Shown: positions 1 through 13,036, counted from the stretch's first letter. The stretch: 64,000 nucleotides of DNA from Octopus vulgaris (GCA_951406725.2 OX597829.1:47120001-47184000); one strand, 5' to 3'. Notes: generated from the letters alone by a model not told the origin. Made by a program: numbers and translations.

Positions 1-722
1 CTTACTAAATACCCAGGGTTAAAATCCTACTCGCTTCGTTGTATCCGTTAAGCGCTGAACAGGTTCGGGCCAAATTCAAAACAATTTCAATGCATAACTT
101 TATGATAAATGAGTAAATATATACATACATGCATGCTTCATTGTACAAGCTCATGTATGGATGTACACACGCATCAAGCGTGTGTGTGTATGCATAAGAA
201 AAAGGCCAACTTTATAGATTGCTTCTCAAAGTTTATTGTTGCCGATGTCGGAATTTAGTGAAAAGAAGAGCATAGTATCTGGTAAAACTAACATTACAGC
301 TAAAATGTTTACATTTACAAACGAGTGTGTGCATATATGTATGTGTGAATGTATGTATGAATGTACCACACTTATGTGTACGTATGTGTGTGTGTGTGTT
401 CGTGTGTGTGTGCGTGTGTGTGTGTGTACTGACATGTGTGATACCATGCTGACACTTATATGCCAACAAATAACACTGCAGTAGAAATAATCACTGTATT
501 GTGTTTTTCACATTCTTGGAGAAGCGGTATGGCCGGTGGTTTGTGGGGTTGGGGTTGATGGCGGGTTTGTGGGGGGTTAGTGGGGGGAGGTGGGGGTTTT
601 TGGGTGGTTGGAGGTTGTTATTCAGATTATTACTAGAAGCTATGCATTTACGAAGTAAAAATTCAGACAAATTTTACAAAGTCCTAGCAATTTAGAATTT
701 TCATTCAGCTCGTCGCCATCTT

Positions 723-723
<1 letters not shown>

Positions 724-767
<44 letters not shown>

Positions 768-779
768 GTAATAATAATA

Positions 780-844
<65 letters not shown>

Positions 845-845
845 T

Positions 846-913
<68 letters not shown>
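724..913. repeat. (AAT)n microsatellite
   Basis: Read directly from the sequence. Confidence 0.98.
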
Positions 914-916
<3 letters not shown>

Positions 917-1239
917 TGTTTTATTCGAATAATGCTTGCAGCGTAGATTTCAACAAAAACTACCTTGTACTTAAAGAATGACACGATGGAAAATCGACTA
1001 TTGAATTTTACAGGCAACAAATCCTGTTCCTTTGAGAAACCAAACAAATTTTGATTGACTTGCGGAAGATTTCCTTCTGTCTTGAAAAAAAATATATGAC
1101 TTTTTCTCCTTTTACTTTTTTCAGTCATTTAACTCCACAATGCTGGGGTCATGTTGATAAAGCAAAATTCAATACAAGTATAAAACAGGTTTAATCCTGG
1201 GGACACTAATAACATCTGCAAAGATTAAAATATAATAGA

Positions 1240-1640
1240 CTAGCAGTATCGCCCGGCGTTGCTCGGGTTTGTAAGGGAAATAACTATATAAGCATTTTTA
1301 GAGATGTAAAGTATAATAACCATCTCAATATGGCTAACCACAAAGGAGGGGGGGGTTACTGTAGCTTTTTACGTTCTGAGATTTAATAATACATTTTTAG
1401 AGAGTTACTTCCTTATATAATAGCAAAAAAATGCATTAAAAATGGGGAAAAAATTATGGTAATTTTTTTTTTTAATCGAAGACTCATCGTAGACGCGAGC
1501 TAATACCCAGAAGGGCTCGATATGAATCACGACTATAAGATACCCGCTTTTGGTTACACTGCACCGCAAAATGTGGGAGGAGTTAGGAATCTAAATCGTA
1601 GGAGACAGACAGCACACAACATCACTTTTATATATAAAGA
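1240..1640 (-). mobile_element. Non-autonomous Helitron (copy 1)
   Basis: On the - strand it starts TC (TCTTTATATATAAAAG), ends with a GC-rich hairpin (CCCGAGCAACGCCGGG) followed by CTAG, and lies between host A(1239) and T(1641) with no TSD. A second copy is at 23380-23878. Confidence 0.85.
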
Positions 1641-2015
1641 TTACAGCTTTCAAAAGGCAAAATATTGTCAATCGACTTAAATGTTATACTGTCGTAAGTA
1701 GGAAATGTTCAGAACTGCAAGCTTATTGCAAATATACTTCTCGTGGTGTCATTTTATAATTGCGAAATGCAGAACAGTTTTATTGAAGTAGTAAATGGGG
1801 GTAATTGGATATTTTCGAAATATAAGCGGTAATAAATCGGTTGACAGTTATTCCTATGCATTGTTGCCTCCCTTTTTGAGACACGGATTTCTGAATACAT
1901 ATTATTTGTGTATAATCGCATAAAAATATATATATTATCCAAATAATAAGACAAAGAAAATTCTTTAACCTAACTTTAATAATTCCTGTTCAGTGCTTCT
2001 GTAGAAATAGCCTAC

Positions 2016-2121
<106 letters not shown>

Positions 2122-2149
2122 ATATATACATATACATACATACATACTT

Positions 2150-2192
<43 letters not shown>

Positions 2193-2327
2193 CATACATA
2201 CATATTACACACACACATATATATATATATGTGTGTGTAAGTATGTATGTATGTATGTATGTATATGTATATGTATATATATGTATATATATATATATAT
2301 ACATATATATACATATATATGTACATA

Positions 2328-2365
<38 letters not shown>

Positions 2366-2479
2366 TATACATATATATGTACATATGTGTATGTGTATGT
2401 ATATGTCCGAGTGTGTGTGTGTGTGTGCGTAGGTGCGTACAGTTAGATGACAAATACTACTGTATGAGTCAGAGCTCCA

Positions 2480-2660
2480 AGGACATTATCACTATCTAGT
2501 CACCATCCAGAATAGTGGTTAGTGTATCACTGTACGTAGAAGTGTTATTAGGTATGCTATACAGAGGAAAATCGCGATAAACACGAGTATAGATGATAAG
2601 TGCCTACGGACGTTTCACCAGCCCAGTTACTTTGGGAACTAAGCATTGAATATTCCAGGC
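2480..2660 (+). pseudogene. Possible highly degraded LTR-retrotransposon (Gypsy-like) integrase remnant
   Basis: Fragments translate as SSHHP... and EYR**VPTDVSPAQLLWEL, resembling the integrase motifs SPYHPQSNG and YRxTP...TGxSPAELLxGR. Stops are present. Confidence 0.3.
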
Positions 2661-2817
2661 GTATTCGGATGCGTAGCCGCAATGGATTATCAAGGGGGGT
2701 CCTTTGATGATTCATTCCAGTTAAGCATCCATGTGCACATCGAACATCCAATGCTGAGTTGCAAATTACTGGAATGGTGAGATGCTAGTAGGATAAGTAG
2801 GAACAAATGTATGTATA

Positions 2818-2901
<84 letters not shown>

Positions 2902-3057
2902 TGTATGTATGTATATATATATGTGTATTTTATGTGTATGTATATATACATACAGATATATGTATATATGCATATATAGACATATATATATATACATATA
3001 TATATATATACATACATATATATGCATATATATAAATATATATATATATACATGCAT

Positions 3058-3090
<33 letters not shown>

Positions 3091-3104
3091 AATATATATA
3101 TGTA

Positions 3105-3140
<36 letters not shown>

Positions 3141-3174
3141 TGTACAGCCTTATATATCCATTGCGACCGGTCTT

Positions 3175-3251
3175 ACGTATCAGTTTCGCACCAGGTTTTC
3201 GACGGGATGTTAGATAACAGTTCAATTATGTAACCCTGTGCTTTTCAGGGT
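3175..3251 (-). ncRNA. Degenerate hammerhead ribozyme motif inside a fold-back
   Basis: - strand reads CTGAAAA (core with G>A), GCACAGG...CCTGGTGC stem II, GAAA, CTGA, TA. A partial mirrored copy GTGCGAAA...GGTAAG lies on + at 3266-3285. Confidence 0.45.
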
Positions 3252-3450
3252 TACCTAACATCCTAGTGCGAAATCAACCGGTAAGATCGACTATAATTGA
3301 TATATAATACTGTGCTCCTCGATTAACGTACCCACTCCATTGACAAATATTTGAGTGCATATTTTTCTCACTTATACAATACATTCTTAGTCGGAACATA
3401 TATATACACCTATGAGTCTGTGTGTACATGTATGTATTGATATATGCATT

Positions 3451-3545
<95 letters not shown>

Positions 3546-3855
3546 CATATATATATATATACACGTTTATATATGGTGTGAATATATATATGTTTGTATG
3601 TGTGTGTGGGTATGCATACAAGCGCAAATATATATACGTAAAAACAATGAACAGAAGTACTCAATATCTGTGAGTAAAGTATGTAGACGTAGGTGTGTGT
3701 GTGTGTCTGAAAAGAAAAGTACTCAATATCCGTGTTAGGATTTCTATTAAGCAATTAAGTAATCAAAGGTAAACTGGCTAAAACCATTAGTTTAAGTACT
3801 TGCTGACCGATATGTAAAATATTATGTATGTGTGAGTGCATGCACTTGTATGCAA

Positions 3856-3910
<55 letters not shown>

Positions 3911-3958
3911 AATGATTAAAAGAATAATTTACTGCTTCGATAACGGCTCACATAACAG

Positions 3959-4015
<57 letters not shown>

Positions 4016-4434
4016 TTACATCCAATAGAATATTTATCAGAAACTGTAGTAAACACGGTTTTCTGCTAATTACTTTAAATCTTGGAGAAACGTTGATAGA
4101 CTAGCTGCTGAGAATGAATATAAATCTCATTGTTGATTAGATTTAATTAGTAAAATATTTTTTTTATAATTCCTCTCATTTAAGCTTTTTCTAGTTACTT
4201 TATAATCGTCAGTTCTAATATAAATTTCAATACACGTGTGTGTATGTGCGTGTGTGTATGTGCGTGTGCGTGTGTGTGCGTGAGTGTGCGTGTGTGTGCG
4301 TGAGTGTGCGTGTGCGTATTTATGTGTGTATGCGCCCGCGTGTGCGTTTGTGTGTATAAAATTCTGTATATCATTCCTGTTTCCCTCCTCCTCTTCTTCT
4401 TTTTCCTCTTTTGTTCTCGTTCTTGTTCTTTTTC

Positions 4435-4502
<68 letters not shown>

Positions 4503-4537
4503 GGGGTTGTTATTATCATTATTATATTTATAATTAA

Positions 4538-4752
4538 GGCGGCGAGCTGGCAGAATCGTTAGCATGCCTGGCGAAATGCTTAGCGGTGTTTCGTCTGCCG
4601 CTGCGTTCTCAGTTCAAATTCTGCCGAGGTCGACTTTGCCTTTCATCTTTCCGGGGTCGATAAATTAAGTACCAGTAAAATACTGGGTTCGATGCAATCG
4701 ACTCATCCGTTGCCCCCCAAAATGACTGCCCTTGTGGCAAAATTTGAAACAA
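4538..4752 (+). mobile_element. tRNA-derived SINE family B
   Basis: Starts GGCGGCGAGCTGGCAGAATCGTTAGCA, has B-box-like GTTCAAATT and central GCCTTTCATC...GGGGTCGATAAATTAAGTACCAG (resembling the Meta-SINE central domain), and ends in an (ATT)n tail. Many copies in the window. Confidence 0.85.
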
Positions 4753-4777
4753 TTATTATCATTATTTTCATAAGCAT

Positions 4778-5195
4778 AGGCGCAGGAGTGGCTGTGTGGT
4801 AAGTAGCTTACTAACCAACCACAATGTTCCGGGTTCAGTCCCACTGCGTGGCATCTTGGGCAAGTGTCTTCTGCTATAGCCCCGGGCCGACCAATGGCTT
4901 GTGAGTGGATTTGGTAGACGGAAACTAAAAGAAGCCTGTCGTATATATGTATATATATATTTATGTGTGTGTGTTCGTGTATCTGTGTTTGTCCCCTTAG
5001 CATTGCTTGACAACCGATGCTGGTGTGTTTACGTCCCCGTTACTTAGCGGTTCGGCAAAAGGGACCGATAGAATAAGTCCTGGGCTTACAGAGAATAAGT
5101 CCCGGGGTCGATTTGCTCGACTAAAGGCGGTGCTCCAGCATGGCCGCAGTCAAATGACTGAAACAAGTAAAAGAGTAAAAAGTAAAGAGTAAGAG
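4778..5195 (+). mobile_element. tRNA-derived SINE family A, full length with TSD
   Basis: GGCGCAGGAGTGGCTGTGTGG head, GGTTCAGTCCC B-box-like motif, CORE-like CTTGGGCAAGTGTCTT, internal (TA)n(TG)n and a (GAGTAAAA)-type tail. TSD TAAGCAT at 4771-4777 and 5196-5202. Confidence 0.9.
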
Positions 5196-5515
5196 TAAGC
5201 ATCTTCTTTCAATTCTGTTACCATTTCATGCCGAGTGTCTTCCTGACACCTAGGGTAGAGAAACGTGCTTTATACGTTTGTAGGCGGTTGAAACAAGCAC
5301 ACCAGATTGTATATATATTTACAGAGTCGTGTGATAGCGAAAAAGGGGGGGGGAGACAACCGAGAATGTCAACATAGAAACCGGACATTTAATGATGATG
5401 ATGATGATGATGATGCTCTGCTGAATGTTATTAATGTAATCTTGAGCTAACCTCGACGTCGCCTCTATGTGAAAACTTTCGCCTGCCTAGCAGTTAAATC
5501 TAGTTCAGTTAAATC

Positions 5516-5596
<81 letters not shown>

Positions 5597-5630
5597 GTTT
5601 CTCAATATTCCGTATCTCTGTTTTATTACT

Positions 5631-7616
5631 TTAAATATTTCGCTACTGTATTTTTGTTGAGATGCTCTGTGTTTCTTCCAATTAATTTTAAATATAACAA
5701 AGAATTTAGTAAAATAACTCAGTTATCATTAAGCTAGTGTTAGGAATATAAAAATCGTGACTAAGGTTTGGTGGAAGATTTTAATTCAAAACTTATGAGA
5801 ACAAGACATTTATACTCAGAGCCAGAGCTGGTTTCAGCCGTGTTGGTAATGAAAGGGTTAAGAATTGTTCTCTATTATATATCTTAACCCTTTCATTACT
5901 GCATTTCTGTTGAGATGCTCTGTGTTTCTTTCAATTAATTTTAAATGTAACAAAGAATTTAATAAAATGACTTAGTTATCATTAAGTTAGTGTCAGGAAC
6001 ATAAATTGTGACTAAGGTTTGGTGGAAGATTTTTATTCAAAACTTATGGAAACAAGACATTTGTACTATAGAGCCAGAACCGGTTTCAGCCGGGTTGGTA
6101 ATGAAAAGGTTAAGAATTGTTTCTCTATTATATATTTTAACCCTTTTGTTACGATATTTCTGTTGAGATGCTCTGTGTTTCTTTTTCAATTAATTTTTAA
6201 ATATAACGAACAATTTACTAAAATAACTTAGTTATCATTAAGCTAGTGTTAGGAAAATAAATTGTGACTAAGGTTTGGTGGAAGATTTTAATTCAAAGTT
6301 TATGAAAACAAGATATTTATACTAAAGAGCCAGAACCGGTTTCAGCCGGGTTGGTAATGAAAAGGTTAAGAATTGTTTCTCTATTATATATTTTAACCCT
6401 TTTGTTACCATATTTCTGTTGAGATGCCCTGTTTCTTTTTCAATTAATTTTAAATATAACAAAGAATTTACTAAAATAACTTAGTTATCATTAAGCTTGT
6501 GTTAGGAAAATAAATTGTGACTAAGGTTTGGTGGAAGATTTTAATTCAAAGTTTATGAAAACAAGACATTTATACTAAAGAGCCAGACCGGTTTCAGCCA
6601 GGTTGGTATTGAAATGGCTAAGAATTGTTTCTCTATTATATATTTTAACCCTTTCATTACTGTATTTCTGTTGAGATGCCCTGTTTCTTTCAATTAATTT
6701 TAAATATAACAAAGAATTTAGTAAAATAGCTTAGCTATCATTAAGCTAGTGTTAGGAACATAAATTGTGACTAAGGTTTGGTGGAAGATTTTTATTCAAA
6801 GTTTATGAAAACAAGACATTTATACTAAAGAGCCAGACCGGTTTCAGCTGGGTTGGTATTGAAAGGGCTAAGAATTGTTTCTCTATTATATATTTTAACC
6901 CTTTTACCATATTTCTGTTGAGATGCTCTGTGTTTCTTTCAATTAATTTGAAATATAACAAAGAATTTAGTAAAATAACTTAGTTATCATTAAGCTTGTG
7001 TTAGGAAAATAAATTGTGACTAAGGTTTGGTGGAAGATTTTAATTCAAAGTTTATGAAAACAAGACATTTATACTAAAGAGCCAGACCGGTTTCAGCCGG
7101 GTTGGTATTAAATGGCTAAGAATTGTTTCTCTATTATATATTTTAACCCTTTCATTACTGTATTTCTGTTGAGATGCCCTGTTTCTTTCAATTAATTTTA
7201 AATATAACAAAGAATTTAGTAAAATAGCTTAGTTATCATTAAGCTAGTGTTAGGAACATAAATTGTGTCTAAGGTTTGGTGGAAGATTTTAATTCAAAAC
7301 TTATGAAAACAAAACATTTGTATTACAGATCCACAGATAGTTTGAGATGGGTTGGTATCAAAAGGGTTAAGAATTGTTTCTCTATTATATATTTTAACCC
7401 TTTCATTACTGTATTTCTGTTGAGATGTTCTGTGTTTCTTTCAATTAATTTTAAATATAACAAAGAATTTATTAAAATAACTTAGTTATCATTAAGCTAG
7501 TGTTAGGAACATAAATTGTGTCTAAGGTTTGGTGGAAGATTTTAATTCAAAGTTTATGAAAACAAGACATTTATACTAAAGAGCCAGAACCGGTTTCAGC
7601 CGGGTTGGTAACGAAA
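5631..7616. repeat. Tandem array (about 8 units of about 250 bp) of a piggyBac-type MITE
   Basis: Units recur at about 5645, 5899, 6153, 6409, 6660, 6908, 7158 and 7409. Each is bounded by TTAA-CCCTTT(C/T)(A/G)TTAC ... GTAATGAAAGGG-TTAA inverted termini plus a constant spacer of about 22 bp. Confidence 0.9.
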
Positions 7617-7955
7617 TGATCAAATAAGTGGAAGAAACTCAATTCTGTGTTATGTTATTATTCTAAAGAACAACTATTACAAGTTTTCACTCAGGTATTA
7701 ATTCTTTTATGGATGTATTTGTATATAATGCCTCAGGTACAAATGCAATTTTTCTTCCTGCTTTCCCTTATTCCCTTGCTCTTTCTCCATTCTGTCCCTA
7801 TCAGTTCGTGTGTTTGAATGTGTACATATGTATGTATGTATGTTTTTGTGTCTATATAAGTACGTGTAAATATATAGAAAGAAAAGAAACATGCGTATGT
7901 ATGAATACATATGCACGTATGTGTCTGAGTGTATGTGTGTGCGTGTATGTATGTG

Positions 7956-7999
<44 letters not shown>

Positions 8000-8110
8000 T
8001 TCAAACCTACATGCATACATACATATACATATATATATACATATATATATATATAAATACATAAATATCATCATCATCATCATTTACTGTCCGTTTTCCA
8101 TGCTAGCATG

Positions 8111-8152
<42 letters not shown>

Positions 8153-8153
8153 G

Positions 8154-8209
<56 letters not shown>

Positions 8210-8544
8210 TAACTTGGTATAAGAAGAGACAAAAGTTTAGATAATCATTTTATATTTATGATTTACATTAACATAACAAATATATATAAATATATATAAC
8301 ATAAAATTACATCAAGACAAGGAACATATCTATATATTACTTAGAAATAAATAAAAGTTATATGAGGTAAAAATGTACATGAAAAGGATAAATGAATAAA
8401 TGTTGATATATCGATAAAAAAAATCATATTAAATCTAAAATCATATAAGATATATCGGCAATAGTGAGAAATCCTAATTATGGATTTAAAAGTTTAGAGA
8501 TCCGAAGAAAAGTTTACACAGGGTTATAACGTGAATATGAAGCA

Positions 8545-8628
8545 ATTTGACGGCCGTTTCTGGAGTCTATTTGTCAGTAGATATGAATCCTTTAGTTTCA
8601 CACTGACATTATCTCCTTCATCAGGAAT
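8545..8628 (-). ncRNA. Type-I hammerhead ribozyme motif with extended stem II
   Basis: - strand: ATTC CTGATGA A GGAG..TGTCAGT....ACTGACA..CTCC A GAAA CGGCCG TC AAAT. Intact core, palindromic stem III and GUC triplet; one stem I mismatch. Confidence 0.75.
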
Positions 8629-8829
8629 AAGTAAATAGATAATTAATTAAGTTTGAAGACATGTAAGAGAAAAGAAAAGAAAAGAAAATTTTAGATTACG
8701 TGACGTCGGCTGCTCAATCAGATACTGACCACTTTTACGATGATTCACGCTTCTATACGAAAGGAAATTTCAAGTGTAGGATAATGAGAGAATTTTTTTT
8801 AATCATATATATATGTGTATATATATATA

Positions 8830-8896
<67 letters not shown>

Positions 8897-9377
8897 GGAG
8901 AGAGAGAGAGAAAGAGAGATTCACACACGTGCACATATATGCAATATATAGAATATATGTATGTAAATATATATTTGTATGTAATATACAATGTATATAT
9001 GTATATATATATATACATGAAAAATAATGTGAATGAATTAACTGCTAAAATGTTCAACGTTTTTCACCTGGAAAATTATTACCGTTCTGTCTTACAGTGC
9101 CGACTTCATTTGCATTAAGAATTTAGTTGTGCTAGGGAATCTTGAAGAAACCACAAGTGACTAAGTGAATATTTTTCACTGATGTTTGGATGATATGGAG
9201 AAATGAAATAAATAAAAACCCATTTTCATGGATTTCAATATCATTTGCACCTAAATATCCCAAATCAGCTACTCACTAAAATTCGGATATTTTCACATCA
9301 TTTATCCCATTACGTTTTCATGGACACCACATATATAACAATGGCGTATGAATGAAGTTAGACACATTTACATAAAG

Positions 9378-9588
9378 GAAGTGAGCTGGCAGATTCGTTA
9401 GCATGCTGGGAAACATGCTTGGCAGTATTTCTTCTGCTGCTACATTCTGAGTTCAAATTCTGTTGTGGTTGACTTTTGCCTTTCATCCTTTCCTGGTCGA
9501 TGAAATAAGTACCAGTTGAACGCTGGAGTTGATGCATTCGACTCATCCCCTCCACCGAAATTGCTGGCCTTGTGCCAAAATTTGAAAC

Positions 9589-9590
<2 letters not shown>
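9378..9590 (+). mobile_element. SINE family B (diverged)
   Basis: Homologous to 4538-4752 and followed by a long (ATT)n tail. Confidence 0.8.
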
Positions 9591-9652
<62 letters not shown>

Positions 9653-9653
9653 T

Positions 9654-9922
9654 AGGCAATGAGTTGGCAGAATCGTTAGCACGCTGAGCAAAATGTTTAG
9701 CGGTATTTCATCTGCCGTTAGGTTCTGAGTTCAAATTCCGCCGAGGTCGACTTTGTCTTTCATCCTTCCGAAGTCGATTAAATAAGTACCAGTTACGCAC
9801 TGGGGTCGATATAATCGACTTAATCCGTTTGACTGTCCTTTTTTGTCCCCTCTGTGTTTAACCCTTTGTAGGCAGTAAAGAAATGGGTATTTCATCTGTC
9901 TGCACGTTCTGAGTTCAAATTT
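9654..9922 (+). mobile_element. SINE family B with the start of a second monomer
   Basis: Homologous head and core, then GTATTTCATCTG...GTTCTGAGTTCAAATT repeated at about 9887-9921. Confidence 0.8.
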
Positions 9923-11059
9923 TGAGATTTGGAACTTTTTACTCATCACAGAAATCGAGTTCTGGGAATGATCTTTAGCTACTATCTAAAAATAAATAAA
10001 TAAATAAATAAAACAAAATTATGTTTTCTGTCAGAGAACGCAGGAGATCAAGTGAAAGTTGTATCGAACAACTAGATGAGAGTTCAGTGGTTTGTGCTTT
10101 ATTACTGTTCTTTTAGTGGCTCTTGTGTTGAATGACAGTGTGTTTTTAATGGGTCCACTTCACTTAGCTGAAAATATATATATATAATCACTCAATCCGA
10201 ATAATTCCCATACGTAAGCGGCAATGATATTGTAAAATAATGAATTTTCTTTTCACAGCAATCATCAGGCGACTTCTGATCTTGAGACTCCAGTGGCCTG
10301 AGTTTTAAATGTGTGCGTGTGAATATGTGAATATCTGCGGACGCATGTGTCTGTGTGTACATATGTGTGTGTGTGTGTGTGTGGTGGAAGGGCATGTCAG
10401 TGTGTATACTCGTAATGAATTTATACATAAGTGTTTCTACACACCCAGACATGCTCATGTTTTTAGGTATTTGTATATACGCGAAGAAATATATATATAT
10501 TCATAACTGATCTGTATAATTCTTCAAGCACTTCTGTGACGGAGACTACTTGTAAATTAAATGACGCATGATAGAAAAAATTTGAATAATATTAGATTAT
10601 ATGCCCAAAAAATATTTCGTTCTATCATTCAATGTTCGGTATTGAAAACTTCCTGAATTCTACTTTGTCTGTTTTTCTTTCTGTAGCGGAAGGGGATCTA
10701 TAAAATGTGTAAGTTATATATTTGGATCGAATTAATCGATTATAATTTGTCCTTTATAAATATCTGATCTTCGATCCACAATATTTCGCAAACTGCTACC
10801 CGAAGTTTAACCTTCCGCTTCGAGGCCACAACAAAGTCATCTCTGATCAATTGCTGAGACGCTATAAAAAGCCCAAGTATAAAATCCCATTGGACAACCA
10901 TTGCCTAAATAACGCTAAATGGTTAGTGATACCTACACAAACATCCTCAACTGTATTTGACAGAAACGTAGTGGATCTGACTGGCAAAAAGACTACTACT
11001 ATTAGGAATGGCTTACAGGTATACAGCATTCTATTTCTTAAAGAATAATTACAATGGCT

Positions 11060-11295
11060 CATGCTTATCTTCTTCTCGCTCGTTTCCTGACAAACTTCTT
11101 CCGCCTCTTCTCTTAACGCTCCTTGTGTGGCTCACCTCCCAGTTCGCACACGATTCAAACGTCCAAGACTTCCTCTCTAGAACTACTAACATCTGGCAGA
11201 CCATCGCTACATATATTTTACAGGCAATTATGAATTCGCAGACTTTCAGTCTTAATATCACCAACGAAAGACTGTATGTTTTATCCCTCCTCATT
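11060..11295 (-). pseudogene. Possible RTE-type LINE ORF C-terminal remnant
   Basis: LRLKVCEF..ACKIYVA....LVVLERKSW then EKRRKK resembles the RTE C-terminal pattern LRFKDVCKRDMKAC.ID..WE.LA.DR..WR. The match is weak and degenerate. Confidence 0.3.
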
Positions 11296-12091
11296 TGAGT
11301 AATTTAGCAAAACGAAAGAAAATGTAACTATTCTGTTAACTTCACTTATTTGTTATATTAGAATTCTATATAGAATATTTATATTAGAATTCTTTTATAA
11401 ACAGGTAATGTAATTTACTTTGCTTTCATGCTGTTCTAGAACTGATTTTCTTGTTTCAATTAGTGGCTACATTTTATAGATATAAAGCCATTACATATTC
11501 AACACGTTCGTGTACACTCAACCATGAACAGAAGTTTATTGCAGTAACTACCTTGTGAGAGAAATTCTCTTTATACACAACGTCTATGAAAATACATATC
11601 AATTACATGCACCGAAGCCGTCGTTCGTAACCCACCAAAAACTGCCATTTTTATACGTAAGTAGCATGTAATAAATTTTGTTGGCTCTTGCCAAACACTT
11701 TCAATTTGGAAATGAGTGATTAAAACTATCTCTCACGTTTACAAAGGTGGTGAAATAACCGAAAGTAGTTGAACAAGCGATCGGCAAGTTCTCTGTAGAT
11801 TTTTTTTTTTTTTGCTGTGTTCATTAATTTCTATGTTAAAAATCGAACCCGTCAAATTTTGTCCATCATCTTCGTCCCTCCGAAATCTGCAAAGATAAGT
11901 ACAACTGGAACAAATTCAATCGGTTCTATTCATTCTTATAAAACAAGTGTGAAATACCTGGTCTCATGCCAATGATAGAAATCAATATTAACGTTTTACA
12001 ATGTATGTATATCCCGTCCCGTGACTGCAACACATAAAGGATAAGATACATACATGTATACATAGATACATGCACACATACATATATATGC

Positions 12092-12140
<49 letters not shown>

Positions 12141-12204
12141 AGTGTGTGTGTATGGATGTATATGTATACTTATACATGTGTGTGTGAGTGAGCGCGTGTG
12201 TGTA

Positions 12205-12595
12205 CTTTCATTCTTTTATTCGTTTCAGCAATTCAGCTACGGTCATGCTGGGGCACCACCGCGGCTTTGCTGATTTCCTTAGCCTGGGAGGTTCCATATC
12301 ACCACTCCTGTATGTGCCTTTGTCTCAGCTGTTGTCCAGTTTGGTGTATGATGGAGTTTGATTCCACTGCCCTCGTCCGAATCTCATGCCAGGCCGTCAG
12401 TTCATCCGGCATTGCGAAGAGGAGGATGACTAATTCCTTTTGGAAGACAACCACGTCCACATTACGTAGATTTCTTAATTTTTGCAGTAAGGCATTGAAG
12501 AGCTGTGGGCTTTTGAACCCTAGGCTATTGCAGTGCCTGGTCCTGAATGTAGATAGAGTGGATGGTACCTATGATATAATATAATGGTGTCCTGA
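12205..12595 (-). mobile_element. CR1-clade LINE 3' end (ORF2 C-terminus + 3' tail), 5'-truncated
   Basis: - strand translates ...RTRHCNSLGFKSPQLFNALLQKLRNLRNVDVVVFQKELVILLFAMPDE...RAVESNSIIHQ, matching the CR1 C-terminal pattern LFNxLP..LR....FK..LD..L...PDEP....SNS. It is followed by GGTGCCCCAGCATGACCG...CTGAAACGAATAAAAGAAT. Confidence 0.75.
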
Positions 12596-12701
12596 GAAAG
12601 GCAGAAACAAGGAAAATGCCACTTATATTTGAACACTATACAAATATTCCTTTAAAAAAACTTTTCTTTTAATTTTTCTAAATTTAATTATTTAATCGTT
12701 A

Positions 12702-12739
12702 CAGTTGAAAAGGTCTCAAAATGACCGAAACCGGTACTG
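12702..12739 (+). ncRNA. Degenerate minimal hammerhead ribozyme motif
   Basis: CAG [TTGAAAA, mutated CTGAAGA] GGTC-tcaaaat-GACC GAAA CCGG TA CTG. Stems I and II are perfect and stem III is palindromic; the core has 2 substitutions. Confidence 0.6.
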
Positions 12740-12788
12740 AAATGTTCTTTACAAAATTATTTTCAGCATTTTCTATCTTGACTTGTTT

Positions 12789-12827
<39 letters not shown>

Positions 12828-13036
12828 AACACACGCGCGCGCGCGCATGCATGCGCATGCGTATGTGTTTATAGAGATACAGAGCTGAAACTGTTAATAA
12901 TACAAGAATAGAAAGAAAACACGTTTATGAGATGTAGAGGAATAATTCTTATTACTGAATGTTAGTTGTGTATATACTTGTTTTCAGGTCCCTTAGCACA
13001 CAATATGCTGCCTACTTCAATATAGATGTCTATTAA

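Noticed and set aside
4180-4212. CTGACGA...GAAA AAGCTT on the - strand
   Set aside because: Weak stem II, wrong register for the NUH site, and no stem I.
4778-4850. tRNA genes at SINE heads
   Set aside because: Only A/B-box-like remnants, continuous with SINE bodies, with no complete cloverleaf.
5631-7616. CRISPR-like or coding repeat array
   Set aside because: The units are about 250 bp with an invariant spacer and TTAA-flanked TIRs. The context is eukaryotic with no cas genes.
10240-10270. CTGATGA...GAAA on the - strand
   Set aside because: No pairing for stem II or stem III; probably a chance match.
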